From sequence record SRR20825006_660: a stretch of DNA of 46,521 nt. One strand, 5' to 3'. A program made the position numbers and the translations under genes. The notes beneath the pieces were generated by a model. That model was not told where the DNA came from. It saw only the letters and a program-made list of their open reading frames with translations, and did not search any database. Below are positions 45,418 through 46,521 of this stretch, one piece after another (the first letter of the stretch is position 1; every line of letters begins with the position of its first letter).

Positions 45418-46521
45418 ATGCGTCACCTTATTTTGATATTGTGCTTTGGGATTGCTGCAACCGGTTTTGCGCAGGATTTTCAATTTAGTGACAGCAGGGT
45501 CAAACACCTGGCGGTGCGGGACACGATGCTGATTGATTCGGTAAGTATCAATCCGGTGGAATTTGCCGTTTATACGCTTTCAGGAATGCAACTCGACAGT
45601 ACCGCCTATGCTATTGATTATGGGCGGGCTCTTTTCAGCTTAAACGCGCAAGCGCCTAAAGTAGATTCTTTAAAGTTTAAGTACCGGGTGTTTCCTGATT
45701 TTTTGACCAAAACCTATTTTGAATATGATCCTGATCGCGTAGTTAACAGTTCGGGTAATCTGAATAAAGTCTACGCGCTAAAAGAAGAAGAGAATACAGC
45801 GGTTTTTACTCCTTTTGACGGTTTGACCACTTCCGGGAGTTTGGTGCGCGGTGTGACTGCCGGAAACAATCAAAACAGTACTTTAACTAGTGAATTAGAT
45901 CTACAGATCACGGGGAAATTGAGTGAAAAGGTATCGCTGCGCGCGTCATTGCAAGATGCTAATCTTCCGCAGCAAAATGGAGGTTACTCTCAACGGCTTG
46001 ATGAATTTGACCAAATTTTTATCGAATTGTTCAGCGACGATTGGAACATTAGAGCCGGTGATATCAATCTCGAAAACAACACCTCTTATTTTGGAAGGTT
46101 TACAAAAAAGGTTCAGGGGTTATCGCTTTACGGGCGTATCAATCACGAGTCTTCACAAACCGAAGCTTTTGCCACAGGAGCGCTCGTGCGCGGTGTTTTT
46201 ACTCAAAGCAGATTTACCGGTCAGGAAGGCAATCAAGGTCCTTACAAACTTACGGGTCCCAACGGCGAACTGTATGTACTCATCGTTAGCGGAAGCGAAC
46301 GCGTGTTTGTGAATGGGGTTTTATTAGAACGAGGAGAAACTGCAGATTATGTGATAGATTATAATGCGGGAGAACTACGTTTTAATCCCACATTTCCCAT
46401 AACCAGCGAGATGCGTATTTCTGTTGAATATCAGTATAGTGAGCAAAATTACACGCGAATTATCGCGTATGCCGGTGGTGGGCATCGCAGTGACGATGGC
46501 AAACTGCAGTTGAACGCACAC
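45418..46521 (+). CDS. Large exported/outer-membrane protein, 3'-truncated (absent from the ORF track)
   Basis: Open frame from ATG 45418 to the window end: MRHLILILCFGIAATGFAQ signal peptide, SGSLVRGV..GNNQ, LDLQITGKL, GQEGNQGPY, GSERVFVNG…DYVIDYNAGE. Confidence 0.85.
   Translation, partial: MRHLILILCFGIAATGFAQDFQFSDSRVKHLAVRDTMLIDSVSINPVEFAVYTLSGMQLDSTAYAIDYGRALFSLNAQAPKVDSLKFKYRVFPDFLTKTYFEYDPDRVVNSSGNLNKVYALKEEENTAVFTPFDGLTTSGSLVRGVTAGNNQNSTLTSELDLQITGKLSEKVSLRASLQDANLPQQNGGYSQRLDEFDQIFIELFSDDWNIRAGDINLENNTSYFGRFTKKVQGLSLYGRINHESSQTEAFATGALVRGVFTQSRFTGQEGNQGPYKLTGPNGELYVLIVSGSERVFVNGVLLERGETADYVIDYNAGELRFNPTFPITSEMRISVEYQYSEQNYTRIIAYAGGGHRSDDGKLQLNAH

Noticed and set aside
45923-46312. 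129-aa plus-strand ORF
   Set aside because: Alternate frame inside the longer CDS starting at 45418.
1-46521. tRNA, rRNA, CRISPR array, integrase or phage genes
   Set aside because: None of their signatures was seen in any intergenic region or ORF.

Overview
Mostly core chromosome of a Flavobacteriaceae (Bacteroidota) bacterium. The assignment is inferred from gldH, TAnnTTTG promoters and Flavobacteria-type gene order. Left to right: trhO, ricT/PSP1-gldH-PBP1A, scoA-Prx6-scoB, a 570-bp intergenic stretch holding a candidate sRNA and a 40-aa small ORF, and a minus-strand run (ABC ATPase, exonuclease, serine hydrolase, ogt, CNNM). Then come a large heme cluster (hemA-hemC-hemD-hemE-3 inserted genes-hemF-hemB, divergent araC-thuA-hemH, later hemJ), MATE, a VPS10/BNR protein, a histidine kinase, enoyl-CoA hydratase and a small AT-rich islet. 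The remainder holds an SOS-box-preceded radical SAM gene, an M23 peptidase, an ars operon, acyl-CoA dehydrogenase, two FKBPs around a ZIP transporter, an aldo/keto reductase, MotB/OmpA, xth and a truncated large outer-membrane protein. The standout feature is a 440-bp module at 18855-19294. It is a DUF559 (Vsr-like) endonuclease domain bracketed by two inverted 35-bp GC-rich REP-like hairpin repeats with compensatory stem changes. It sits between hemC and hemD and is fused in frame to hemD, with one repeat translated as the linker. No rRNA, tRNA, CRISPR array or transposase was seen.
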